Shown piece by piece: positions 25,377 to 37,920 of a DNA stretch of 64,000 nucleotides. The position numbers and the translations under genes are program-made. Location: assembly GCF_046119375.1 (NCBI RefSeq), contig NW_027362762.1, forward strand, positions 58,280,001-58,344,000, in the 5' to 3' direction. How positions within the stretch are numbered: the stretch's first letter is position 1; each line of letters begins with the position of its first letter. The stretch comes from Phyllobates terribilis (Eukaryota). The notes beneath the pieces were generated by a model. That model had not been told where the DNA came from and searched no databases. It was given only the letters and a program-made list of their open reading frames with translations.

Positions 25377-28300
25377 CAGGGCTGTGGAGTCGGAGTCGGT
25401 ATAAAATGGACCGACTCAGACTCCTAAAATTGGGTACCGTAATTTGAATGCAGTTTGTGGGGAATATTTTTTCATAAGAATTTGGGAAAGTTATGAAATA
25501 TCCTATAAATGTCTGTCCTATTCCTGCTCTAAGGGTCTAGACTTCTAGCAGAGATGAATCTGTGCTACAGTAAATTTATCACTTAAACATGAGCCATAGT
25601 TACATAGTTTATAAGGCCGAAAAAAGACAAGCGTCCATCCAGTTCATCCTATTTCTTGTGCACTGCAGCTATTCCGCAGCGTTGATCCAGGGGAAGGCAA
25701 CAAAAACCCATGCGTTATAGGCCAATTTACATCATTGAGGAAAAATTCACTTCCCGACACCAATCTGGCAGTCAGATTAAATCCCTGGATTAATTAACTA
25801 AGCATAAGATGTAATTTTATTGTTCTCAAGAAAGGCGTCCAGGCCTCTCTTGAACTCATTAAGTGAGTTGGACATCACCACTTCCTCTCCCAGAGAGTTC
25901 CAGAGTCTCACGGCTCTGACCGTAAAGAATCCCCTTCTATGCTGGTGCAGGAACCTCCTTTCCTCCAGACGCATAATGTGCCCGCTCGTCTTTGTCACCA
26001 TCCTTGGTATAAACAGGTCATGGGAGAGATCTCTGTACTGCCCCCTGATGTATTTATACATGTTTATGAGGTCTCCCCTAAGCCTTCTCTTTTCCAACGT
26101 AAATAGGCCTAATTTTGACAACCTCTCTGGGTATTCTAGTCCCTCCATTCCCTTTATTACCTTAGTCGCCCTCCTTTGTACCCTCTCTAGCTCCAATATG
26201 TCTTTCCTGAGCACCGGAGCCCAGAACTGTGCACAATATTCTAAGTGCGGCCTTACCAGCGCTTTATACAGAGGAAGAACAATGTTCTCATCATATGTCC
26301 CTATTCCTCTTCTGATGCATGCCATGACTCTATTTGCCTTCCCAGCTGCTGCCTGACACTGGGCACTCCAATTTAATTTGCTATTAACCAAGAGGCCCAG
26401 GTCCTTCTCCATGTCAGATTTCCCCAACGGTTTCCCATTTAATATGTATGGGTGACTGCTGTTTTTCTTTCCCATGTGCATGACCTTACATTTATCGGCA
26501 TTGAACCCCATTTGCCATTTTTTGGCCCAACTCCCCAATTTATCTAAATCCTCTTGTAGCTGTGCCCTATCCTCATCTGTATTAACTACTTTACAAAGTT
26601 TTGTATCATCTGCAAATATTGCTATTTTACTATGCAACCCTTCCACTAGATCATTAATAAATATATTAAATAATATAGGGCCCAAGACAGACCCTTGAGG
26701 CACCCCGCTAGTAACCCTGACACACCCTGAGCTTACTCCATTGATAACCACCCTCTGCTTTCTATCACTCAGCCAGCTATTTACCCACTTGCACACATTA
26801 TCCCCCAGACCAAGCATTCTCATTTTATATACCAACCTTTTGTGTGGCACGGTATCAAACGCTTTGGAGAAGTCAAGGTATACAACATCCACTGACTCTC
26901 CCCGGTCCAGCTGTGAGCTCACCTCCTCGTAGAAGGCGATCAGGTTTGTTTGGCAGGAGCGATCCCTCATGAATCCATGTTGATATGGAGTTAGACAGTT
27001 ATTATCATTAAGATATTCTACAATAGCATCTCTAAGAAATCCTTCAAATAATTTACCCACAACAGACGTTAAGCTGACTGGTCTATAGTTCCCAGGGTCA
27101 CTTTTAGACCCCTTTTTGAATATTGGTACCACATTTGCTTGGCGCCAGTCTAGTGGGACAGTCCCTGTCCATAAAGAGTGCTTGAATATAAGATACAGCG
27201 GTCTATCACATTACTTAATTCTTTTAGTACCCGGGGGTGTATGTCATCTGGGCCTGGTGACTTGTCTATTTTGATATTATTTAGGCGTTTCTGAACTTCC
27301 TCCTGGGTTAGGTGGGTGATATTTAGCGGAGGGTTTACTTTATCACTCTGCATTTCCTCCGATAAATTGTTTTCTTTTGTGAAAACAGTGGAGAAGAAGC
27401 TATTGAGTAGGTTTGCTTTACCCTCATCGCCCTCTATGATTTTACCCAGGTTATTTTTCAATGGGCCAACGCCATCAGTTTTAATCCTTTTACTGTTTAT
27501 ATAGTTAAAGAACAGTTTGGGATTCGTTTTACTTTCCTTGGCAATTAGTCTCTCTGTCTCCTCTTTTGCTATTCTTATTTGTTTCTTACAGATTTAGTTT
27601 TTTTCCCTATAAGATATTAGCGCTTCCTCGCTGCCTTCTTGTTTAAGTTTACCGAAAGCCCTTTTTTTGTTTTTCATTGCCCTCTTGACTTCCTTATTTA
27701 GCCACATTGGCTTCCTCCTATTCCTAGCCCTTTTATTCCCATAAGGTATGTACCTTCTACATTGACTATGTAGGACTGTTTTGAAAATTTCCCATTTTCT
27801 ATCCGTGCTCCTATTACTGAAGATACTATCCCAGTCTATAAGGTGAAGGGCATCTCTTAGCTGATCAAACTTTGCCCTCCTGAAGTTCAGTGTTTTTGTG
27901 ACTCCCTTGCTGGGCACCTACTGAAGCACATGTGGAATTGTATAATGTTGTGGTCACTATTTCCCAGGTGCCCCCCGACCTGCACCTCAGTTATTCTGTC
28001 TGGCCTGTTAGTTAATATTAAGTCTAAAAGGGCCATCCCTCTAGTTGGTTCCTGCACAAGTTGTGACAAATAATTGTCTTTGATAATTGACAGAAACCTG
28101 TTTCCTTTCTGAGATCTACAGCTTTCGGTTTCCCAGTCTGTATCGGGGTAGTTGAAGTCCCCCATAATAATCACCTCGTTATTTTTTGCTACTTCGTCTA
28201 TTTGTCTCATTAATAGACTTTCCGTGGCTTCTGCTATATTTGGTGGTTTATAACAGACTCCTATGATAATTTTATTATTGTTTTTTGCCCCATGTATCTC

Positions 28301-28731
28301 CACCCATAAGGACTCGACCTCCTCATTTCCCTCCCATACATCCTCCCGTATTGTAGGCTTTAGACACGTCTTTACATATAGACAGACTCCACCCCCTTTC
28401 CGACTTCTTCGATCCCTTCTAAACAGACTGTAACCCTGTAAGTTAACTGCCCAGTCATAGCTTTCATCTAACCATGTCTCGGTTATTCCCACTATGTCAT
28501 AGTTACCTGTAGATATTTCTGCTTCCAGTTCATCCATCTTGTCTGTCAGGCTCCTGGCATTTGCTAGCACGCAGTTTACACGATTTTGTTTTGTTCCAAT
28601 TTTCTCCCTGTGGATTGTATTAGAAATTTTCTTACCTCCCTTCCAAGTATCTTGCCATGTATGAGGGAGTCGTGGAGTCGGAGTTGATGTCATGGAAATT
28701 GAGGCGTCGGCTTACCGACTCCACAGCCCTT
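25377..28731. mobile_element. hAT-type MITE (same family as 7548-7803) interrupted by a CR1 LINE
   Basis: CAGGGCTGTGGAGTCGG TIRs. TSD ACAGATTT / GCAGATTT. The two halves are colinear with the 7548 copy. Confidence 0.8.
25598..28653 (-). mobile_element. 5'-truncated CR1-clade LINE, ORF2 (APE endonuclease plus RT) with frameshifts
   Basis: Endonuclease ANARSL...GITETW...MGDFN...SDH. RT PGNYRPVSLTS, DFSKAFD, GVPQGSVLGP, FADD. 3' tail with TAACTATG-type repeats. Flanking GCCAT duplication. Confidence 0.93.
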
Positions 28732-29223
28732 GCAGATTTTCCACATTTTTTTCCTTTTGTAGTATCTAACTTGTTTCCTGGACCAGTGGACCTGCTGCAG
28801 CTGGGATTACATGCTTTTCTAATGTTTTAAGATCACAATTTAATCAGGTTAGCATAACCTTTATTCACTGAATTGATTTTAAACCGGATAAAACTTTATT
28901 ACACTTTCAATTTCTTCCTTAGCATATGACCCATTGCCAGAGCCCCTAAGGTGCCAAAACAGCCAAAACATAAATTACCCTATTTTATACACTACACCTC
29001 TCAATGAATTCATCTAAGGGTGCAGTGGTCATATTGACACCACAGGTGTGTCACAGAATTTTATAGTGTTGAATAAAATATAATTACATTTTTACCACAA
29101 AAATTTAGTTTTAGCCCCACATTTTACATTTTCACACAGGGAAATGGGGGAAAATGGCACTGCTAAGCCACACACAAGAGTCGGGAGGGGAAGAGCACTA
29201 TTTGACTCTTGGAGAACAAATTA

Positions 29224-30040
29224 CACATGTGTGCAAAATTTGAGTTTATGTAAATTGTTTCAAAACCATCACGTATGCATTTTGAACAAAACGAGCATGA
29301 AATTATGTATCAGTGAAATTAGCAAGAAAAATCTTTATGGTAGCCAAAAATATTCACAATATTATATATAAAAATTTATTGAGCATTCATTTTGCAACTT
29401 TATTGGAAATTAATTCTTGCGCCTTTTCCTTTTCTCTTCAAAGCTTCTCTTGATACCTTTTCTCTTATATGAGGCCTGCGGCTCTTCTCTGTAGAGCATC
29501 CATCAGTAGTCCCCCATCATGTTCATGTTACATCTAGCTTGTTATCTTCATTCCCTCTCCTTGATATCCTAATAAAATCTTTCTCCTTTTTCTTCGCTAA
29601 CAGCATCAAGGTTTTCAGGAAAGTAGTCCAAATAGAAATGCAAAAAATGTAACTTCCAATTCATCAGACAACCCAAGGCTTTGAAACATTTCAGCATGTT
29701 CTCCACGATGGACTTAAATTTTGAATATTTGTTGTTACCTAGAAATTTATTCACAACTTCTTTAAATGAATCCCAAGCCCTTTTCTCAACAGCTTTCACT
29801 TTTGTTTCAAACATTTCATTCTTCATGAGTTTGCGAATATCAAGACCTACAAAAATGCCTTCCTTCAGGTTTGCTTCGGACAGTCCCTGAAACTTGGTAC
29901 ACAGGTACTTAAAAGTCTCTCCTTTTTTTTGGTAGAGCTTTCATAAACTGCTTCATCAGTCCAAGATTAATGTGGTGTGGTGGCAAGAGACTTTGTCTCT
30001 ACAGAAGCTTGAAGTGGGTCTTTGATCTTAAAGGAAGTGT
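29224..30040 (-). mobile_element. Chapaev3-like (CMC) DNA transposase remnant
   Basis: Fragments LPPHHINLGLMKQF, EANLKEGIFVG, AWDSFKEVVNKFLGN and KLHFLHFYLDYFPENLDAVSEEKGERFY match the family motifs LPPLHIKLG and FPENLGAVSDEHGERFHQ as recalled. CAC terminus after TTA at 29224. Family name is from memory. Confidence 0.6.
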
Positions 30041-30059
30041 GTTTGGGACTTTGTCTTGC

Positions 30060-30700
30060 TACGTGAAGTGGAAAAGGAATGTCGTCTCTCTACAGGAAGT
30101 GGGGGAAGGTCTGTGTCTACAGTAAATGGGGATGGATCTATAGCTCTCTACTGTAAGTGGAGGCATGTCTTTATCCCTCTACAGACAATGGGGGCGGGTA
30201 TTTGTCTGTCTATAGTAAGTGGGGGCGGGTCTCTTACAGGAAATGGGGCCGGTCTTTATTGCTCTACAGGAAGGGAGTGTCGTCCTTTGACACTACAGAA
30301 AGTTGGGACAGGTCTTTGTCCCTGTACAAGAATTGTGAATGGGTCTTTGTCTCTACAGAAAGTGGGGGAGTGTTTTTGTCTTTCTACAGGAAGTGGGGGA
30401 GGGTCTGTCTCTCTCTACAGGAAGTAGGGGTCGGTCTTTTCCTCTACAGGATATAAGGGTAGGTCTTTATTGCTGTACAGGAAGTAGGGGTGGATCTCTG
30501 TCTCCACAGGAATTGAGGGTGGGTCTTTGTCTTTCTACTGAAAGTGGGGATGAGTCTGTCTTTATACAGGAAGTTGGGATGGGTCTCTTTCTCTAGAGGA
30601 AGTATGGGCGGGTCTGTGTCTACTGGAAGTGGGGACGGGTCTGTGTCACCCAAGATGAAGTTGGATTGACTATCTCTCTACAGGGATAGGGGAGAGGGGA
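30060..30700. repeat. Degenerate ~30-bp tandem array (TCTCTACAGGAAGTGGGGG...GGTCT)
   Basis: Recurrent motif visible throughout the interval. Confidence 0.7.
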
Positions 30701-31489
30701 TTTTTTTTCTCTAGTGCAATGTAGAGTAGATCTTTGTCTTGCAGCTGCAATACATGCTGGGAAAGAAGGGAGGAAAAGAAGTTGCAGCACCAATAGGGCT
30801 GGCGGAATGCTGATGACAAGGAACTGGGCAATCGAGGGGATGGCGAGTTACACAGCTTGAGAATCCGCATAGTTCCTAGACTGCTATGTGCCCCAAAAGC
30901 AGTTTTACCTTGTGGGCAGCTAGACCATGCTTTCTAGTAGGGGGCAATAGATACATTTCACACTGGGACATCTAGTACATATTTATAATTCAGGTCTGAC
31001 TCCAAAAGTGCAAAAATAGAAGTGGAAAAATTGCTCAAGGAAACCAATGAGGCCGCCACTTTCATTTTTCAAATTGTCTATAAAGATTGGTTGGTGCCAC
31101 CTGATTAATTGCTTGGTAGAGATAGATAACTACTAGACCAATGGTTCAAGCAAAGAACCTTCAGGAGTAAAACTGAAAATAATAAATCATCTTACCTTCT
31201 GCTACTATAGATTTATTTTAATAAGCGGAATTACCTTATTGTTCCTCTCTGCTCAGTAGTCCTTTTCCGATCTTCCACATGATATTGCATTCTGGCAGGT
31301 TTTTTTTGTTTGTTTTTTAACTTCATTATGTGGTAAAAATTACCTGGTAATGATTTTTCAGCTCTGTACAGTTATGACAATACCATACTTGGTTTATCGT
31401 AGAAAATAACAAACATCCTGTTTCCAAAGGGACGCAAAGTCTAAAACTCAAAGGAATCCTCTTGAAAAATGTGATTTATTCAGCCAAAA

Positions 31490-33200
31490 ACATAAGTAAC
31501 CTATATGGTTTATCCTTATAGACCAGCATGTACAGGAATTGTAACTCCAATGTAGAGTAAGTCAGGGTAAATTGTAACTTTGGGAACACATGATTGATTT
31601 CATTCTGAAAGGCAAGTGGTAGATCAGTGCCTTCATTCCACACAAATAAGACTTTGTCAATATAGTGACTCGCCCAGGGGGATATGGGGGACTCGGTACC
31701 CGGGCCTTTACCTCCTTGGAATGTCACGGCAGTCGGCTCCCGGGCCCATACCCTGGGGTCACTCTTTAAAAGGGGGTTTGTTAACAGTTTGTCTCGTGAC
31801 GCCACCTGTATCTCCTGGTAATGGGTACCAGCGCTGCTGCAGACCTCCAGGGGTGATGGGATGGCAGCTGGGATGTTTCTGCTCCCCACAGGCCCCCGGA
31901 GCAGGGTTAATGGAAGGGATGCAGATGGTGATGCTGGGCGTTGTAGTGCAGGGGCGGTAGCATGGCAGAAATAACTTGACAGAGACAGTGGAATGCAGTC
32001 ATCCGAGTTTACTCACAGTTCTTTTTAGGTTCCTTGGGTACACTGTCCAGGTGTCAGCCTCCCGCGTCGCACTGCGTTTGCCAGGCAGGGGTTCAGCACT
32101 CCCTCAAGTTTATCAGAAGCACTTAACGGGACCCCCTTTCTTTATGTTCCTTCCCCGGCCGACTTCCCGCGCTGGGTCTTCTCCCTCCTGCCCTGCGTTC
32201 CCCCACACAAAGTCCCGATCGGGTACTCTGAGATCCCTCTGGGCAACCTGGAGTTCCCGGATCTACTTGGTGCCCTTCACTGCGGCTTGGGTGAGGTTGT
32301 GGCAACTGCACCATGGAAGTGCAGAAGCCTCCGGTTTTCCAGCCGAGACCTGGAGTAACACGGCTGGTCCAGGGACCGGTTCCCTTCTTGCGGCCTGATC
32401 CCTCTGACACTTGGCAGATTCGGGCGTACGGGTGCCGTCCTGCACTCACCGTACCCCCTGGGATCCCTTCTGTTCCCCGAGCATTCCTCCCTTGCTCCCA
32501 CTCCTCTCTTGGGCCTCTCTCACTATGCCCCACTTTGGAGCAGAGCATCTGAAGAGACTCTGCTCCCCTCCTCTCCTCTTCACTCTCCTCACTACTTACT
32601 GCACTGTACTGCACTGCCACCTAAGATGGCTACCCTTTATATAGACCTACTATTCAAGTGCTCCCCTGTTCTACGTCCTTCACCCACACCCACTACATGG
32701 TTCCCCCTCTCTTTTGTTCCCCCCCACTCCAGCCAGGGACAGGGCAGCAGAAGAAGTGCATAATGCCCTTCCAGCCGGCCTGGAGTCGTGTAGTGTTGAG
32801 TGCAGGTGTTGGGGTCCCGGGCAGTACTCCATCCTTACCTGAGAGAAGGAGATGCCACACCTCTGGGTGAGGTGCAGTACCTCTGTGGCGACTGAACCCT
32901 CAGGGGCGCCACAATAGCGCCTCCAGCTACGGACATAGCGCCAGAAGGTGGAACGGTACACATAACTGTCCTAGAATACCGCCAAATAGATGTTAGCATA
33001 GATGGGGGGAGGCTATATTGGACCCCATGGCTGTACCCTGGGGCTGCAAGGAGTAATCACCACCAGAGAGAAAATAGCACCCATTCAGACACACTGCCAA
33101 TTGCGGATGTGTGCCATCATTGGGTATTTGCAGCCCATGTAACGCTGATGCCTGTATATCATTGGATGATGGGCCATACAACTCTCTTGCAAACACTGAT
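31490..33200 (-). mobile_element. Penelope-like RT remnant split by a solo LTR
   Basis: YFLSGGDYSLQPQGTAMGSN on the right side. Rejoining across the LTR gives WRRY-IDKVLFVWNEG...LQFTLTYSTLELQFL (YIDD region). Confidence 0.75.
31666..32913. mobile_element. Solo LTR (probably Gypsy-type), 1248 bp
   Basis: TG...CA termini with short inverted ends (TGACTCGCCC / GGGCGCCACA). 4-bp TSD ATAG at 31662-31665 and 32914-32917. No gag or pol motifs inside. Confidence 0.8.
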
Positions 33201-33334
33201 ATATATGCGATCCTTGGGACTTAAGCTATATATAAATTTGTATTTTTACCTATTATGCATGTTTGTTATTACTATTGTTATTACCTATTTTTGCTTTAAT
33301 TAATTATTATATTATCTTTAGCTATGTTACTTAT

Positions 33335-33410
33335 GACTGTTGTATGTGAACCTCTGAATTGTAAAGCGTTGCAGAATATGTTGGCGCTATATAAATAAAG
33401 ATTATTATTA
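33335..33410 (+). mobile_element. SINE/L2-type 3' tail fragment
   Basis: GTAAAGCGTTGCAGAATATGTTGGCGCTATATAAATAAAG followed by (ATT)n, similar to the tails at 37760-37920 and 45790-45842. Confidence 0.5.
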
Positions 33411-34382
33411 CTATTGTTCACATGTGGTGGTTAGAACAGGTGCAGTATTCAAACCTACCATTTTCCGCCCTGCTTCTGCTGAAGACACTCCGTACCTGTC
33501 ATGACTGTACTCCAATGAAAGCCAGCCCATGGCCGGCATTCATAAAAGCCCGTGATTTCTGCTCTATATTGTAATCCTGTGGTATCATTGTATATAGTAC
33601 AAGTGATCAACCGATTGCAGGATCAAGTTTCTTAAGGGAACTACAAAATGCAGTAAAAATGTATTTTTTAAATATCTGAAAAAAATAAAATAAATTTGAA
33701 TTAACCCTCTCTATCCCAATTAAAAATAAAGGAATAAAAACATAACCAACGTGGAGATACTATGTGTGTAAGGACTGATTTACCAAAATCTTAAATTAGC
33801 CCATTAGTAAACTCCGTAATGAGAAGAAAAAATTAAAGTGCCAGAATTGTGTTTTCTTTGGTCACAGCAAAAAATCCAATAAAAAGCGATAAAATCATTG
33901 CATCTGCCCCAAAATGATATCAATGAAAATGTCATCTCAGAAATGTCTTTTTCTTTTCTTTTTCTTTTTTTTTTTTTAATTCATGCACTTTTAAACAAAA
34001 ATTCACTACTTAAATTGAAATAAAAATACTATACAAGTTTGACATAGGGAATCATATTTGCAGTACAATAATCAGAGACAAAACCCCCAAAATCGATTGT
34101 GGAATTGTGTTGCTTTTTTTTGTTTTGTTTTTTTTGCAATTTCTCCGCAGTTGGAATTTTTTTTTCTCCACATTTTACAATCAAACCCTCACATGGCTAT
34201 ATTGACAGAAAGATAAGTTAATACTCCTGGAAGAAGGGGAGGAAAAAACAAAAGTGCAGTGTCAGAAAATTGCCACATCGGGAAGGGGTTAATCTTATAC
34301 TTTGATCAGACTTTAATGGACATGACAATATCGAATTTTATTTTTTCAATTTCTATATTTTCCGATTCGGAAAACAGTCAAG

Positions 34383-34387
<5 letters not shown>

Positions 34388-34431
<44 letters not shown>
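34388..34431. repeat. (TA)n microsatellite
   Basis: Directly visible. Confidence 0.95.
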
Positions 34432-34434
<3 letters not shown>

Positions 34435-35714
34435 CATTATTTGATACATTTTTTACTTTATTTTTCAAACTGCCCTTCATTGCTTGTGATATACACTACA
34501 AAATTCTAGTATTACAGTATATAGTAAAATTACCAATCTCCTATATAAATCCCAGCCACCAGCTGGACTTCTTTGAAGCATTGGCCTTTAATAGTCCTCC
34601 CAACCACCATGATAACTCATTGGCTCTTCGTGTTACTAAGCGCCAATTGCATTTTTTTTTTCACCATTTCACTGCAGTTGGAATTTTTTCCCAGTTTCTC
34701 AGTACAATATATGATAAAATCAGTGGCGTCATTCAAAACTACAACTATGTCCCACAGAGAAACAAGACTTCCTTGAGGGCAAAATAAAAAAAAATCATGA
34801 CTTTTAAAAGAAGTGGAGGAAAAAAACAAACAAGCATAAGCGAAAAATGGGAGGGGGTTAATAGCAGTGAAGAGTACTTGCTCCAGTCGCTACTGTTTGC
34901 TACAGCTGTATAGTACAGCCAGGCACCTGCCCAGTGCGGTGCTTGCTTTGCTATAGATGTATGACATACACGTTTGTCACGTCGGAAAGGGGTTAAAGGA
35001 GTTTCACTATTTGTAAATGGAATACATAAGATTCCAAGAAATTAGGAGGATGGACTTGGTAGTGGTCAACCCTTCTAGATACATCCCTGAAGGATTTCAA
35101 CATCCTGTTTTTTTCTGTCCCCCTAGCTCAGAAAGTTTTGCTCATTTGTATGGCCAGTGTTACTATATTGGTCATTAAGGACAGGTTCAGATGAGTCTAT
35201 CCAAAATTGTCTGTTTTTCATCCAGAAAGAAAAAAATACATGATTTTTCACCCATATTGTCATCCAATTCATACATCTGTATGGCATCCAGTTTTTATGT
35301 GAGCAATTTAATAATAGGCCAAATACAGTTTCCTTTGTTAAGAATTGTAATGGATCTGTGAAAAAAAAACACATGGCATACTTTATGGATGACAACCCCT
35401 ACATGATCCATATTTTTGTATGTGCCATTAACTTATAATGAACGAGTCTTATCTGGCATATGGATCAAAGTAGTAAATGCTGAATTTTTTTACGTGCAGA
35501 TCATCGGTCCCTGTGCAAAAATATTCATGTGAATTACCACATTGGCTTGCATTAGTCAGAGTTCTGTCCCTATGCTAACTTTTACACACGGATGGTTAAT
35601 ACACTTATTAATTAGTGCTTCATGATGGGTAATACCCATAGCGGAGCTCATACTCTGCCGTACAACCTTTTGGATGGCATGTCTAAATGTTCAGAAAGGG
35701 GATTGGAGACCAAA

Positions 35715-36185
35715 GGGCTCATACACATATGCGAGCAAAAACAGACAAGTGCAATCCGATAAAAAAAATCGGATTGCACTCTGACCAATGTTATTCTATG
35801 AGGCACATCTGATTTTTGATTTTTTTCTCAGCTGAAATCGGACTAGGGAAAATAATCGCAGCATGCTGCTTATTGCCGCGTATCTCGGATGAGACTCGCC
35901 AATGCAAGTCAATGGGTGCGAGAAAAAAAAATGGACGGCATACGGACCATCTGTATGCCATCGGATTTTTATGGATACATTACCATTCTGTAGTATAGAA
36001 CATTGTAAACGGTCTTGTAAATGATTGCAGAATAATAGTTGCAGAGAAAAAAAAACGCATTGCATACGGATGTCATACGGATGCTAGGTGTGAAAAATCG
36101 CATTGTCCTCATGAAAATCGCACTCGTCCGTTTTTTTGGTCCACAAATCGGACAGCTTTTTTTTCTCACATATGGGTATGAGCCC
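35715..36185. mobile_element. Harbinger-type MITE
   Basis: TIR GGGCTCATAC[A/C]CATATG[C/T]GAG at both ends. Flanks AAA and TAA. Confidence 0.65.
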
Positions 36186-37759
36186 TAACAATGACCTTCA
36201 TTGTCCTTTTTAATCCTGCCAGAGAGCATATACACTGTAAATTCTCAATATGTCCTGCAAAACTTAAGCCCTCATATAGCTTTGTCGACTAAAGAATGAA
36301 ATCGCTCAAAAAAATATATATATACGGTTTCCTCAAAGCCCAAAGTAGCTGCATACTGCAGAGATTCATGAGGTGATCCGAAACACAAATTGATCATCCT
36401 AAATGCCATAATCTATTTTCTAATATAATTTGATTAAAAAGTCCCTACCATTCCCTCACTACATTATCTAACTGCTTTATTTATTTTTTTTAAACTAATT
36501 CGTTGTTTGAGATTTCCAGTGCATGCTGGGATACTCAAACAAAACATCAGGGGGCAGACGCAGTCATTTCGTGTTGTAAGAAGATTATTCGTTGTGCAGA
36601 GACCAGCGCCGCCCCTGTACTGACAGTGCACTCTCCTTCAAGCTTGTTACTTCTGATCTGAGCTGGCCAAAGAGCGCACTGTCACTGTGCACATCGCACA
36701 GTGACAAGAATCTACTAAGCATACATCGAAATTGACAACTGATAACAGGAACAGACCACAAAAAAAAAATAAAATATTTTCATTTTATTAAAAGGGATTG
36801 TGCACTGTTCGGACAACCTCTTCTAAATTACAATATTCCCCCCATGTTGTGGGTCTCGCATGACGTTATGTCACGTGAGCCCTGCAAGAAATCAGCAGCC
36901 ACTAACGGGCCGCTCCTTTCTCACTTCCTTCAGACACAACGAACATCCGGAGGAAGTCAGCAGCTCTTACCCCTTCTAGATGTCAGATACGAGGGGCATT
37001 CATTAAAGATTTCCCCTGACCCACTTCTATTTATCACAGGACGCTGAAACTTCACATGTGTAATTATACAAGTCTCTATAGGTTATGTGCCAATTTGAAA
37101 CTCAGAACTGATAACTCTTTTTTTTGTAAATTTGTTTATTAAACAGCAGCAATAATAAAAAAAAGTACACGTTTTGTATATAACCAATATAACGTATACA
37201 CACTCATCATAAAAATTATAAGAAAAGAGCAAGTTTGTATAATGAGTTATTTGTATAAACTTCAATTCCACAAGTCCATATTCTTTTGCGAGGCTTATGA
37301 AACAATTGAGGAGTAATTAAAAGACTCATTATTCAGATTTATATATGTTTGGTTAAACATAACTCAGAGTGATACAATACATCCAACATAACTATTATAT
37401 TCTTAAAGAACGAAAAAACTAAGACTTCCCTGCTGCCAAGAGCGATTTTGACATTGTTAATAAAATTATGATACTATCAAGTGTGAGTCAATGTATTCTT
37501 TACTACAGCTATTATAATGGTACCGGACCATTATCAACGTGTTGATATAGTAAGGTGAGATGAGTTCCACACATCCCAAATCTTATTGAATTTCCCTAAG
37601 CAGCCTCTATTCTGATACATTGTCCGCTCGTAAGGTATAATTGAGTTTACCAGCTCAATCCAAGCTCTAAGAGATGGATGTAAATTACCCATCCAGCGTA
37701 GGGCCAATATTTTCCTAGCTAAGAAAAGAGTCTCCCGCAGGAAAATTTTAACATGATAT

Positions 37760-37920
37760 TATTATTATTTATTATTATAGCGCCATTTATTCCATGGCGC
37801 TTTACATGTGAAGAAGGGGTATACATACAAGAACAATTACAATAATCTTGAACACAATGTGACGGCGACTGGTACAGGAGGAGCGAGGACCCTGCCCGCG
37901 AGGGCTCACAGTCTACAAGG
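37760..37920 (-). mobile_element. 5'-truncated SINE/L2-type retroposon inserted in L1 ORF2
   Basis: GATAT duplication at 37755-37759 and 37921-37925. (AAT)n tail. Removing it restores the L1 frame EEIWGYHVKIFLRETLFLARK. Confidence 0.75.

Noticed and set aside
31976-32961. Cluster of 60-165 aa ORFs
   Set aside because: They lie inside the solo LTR and show no gag, pol or env motifs.
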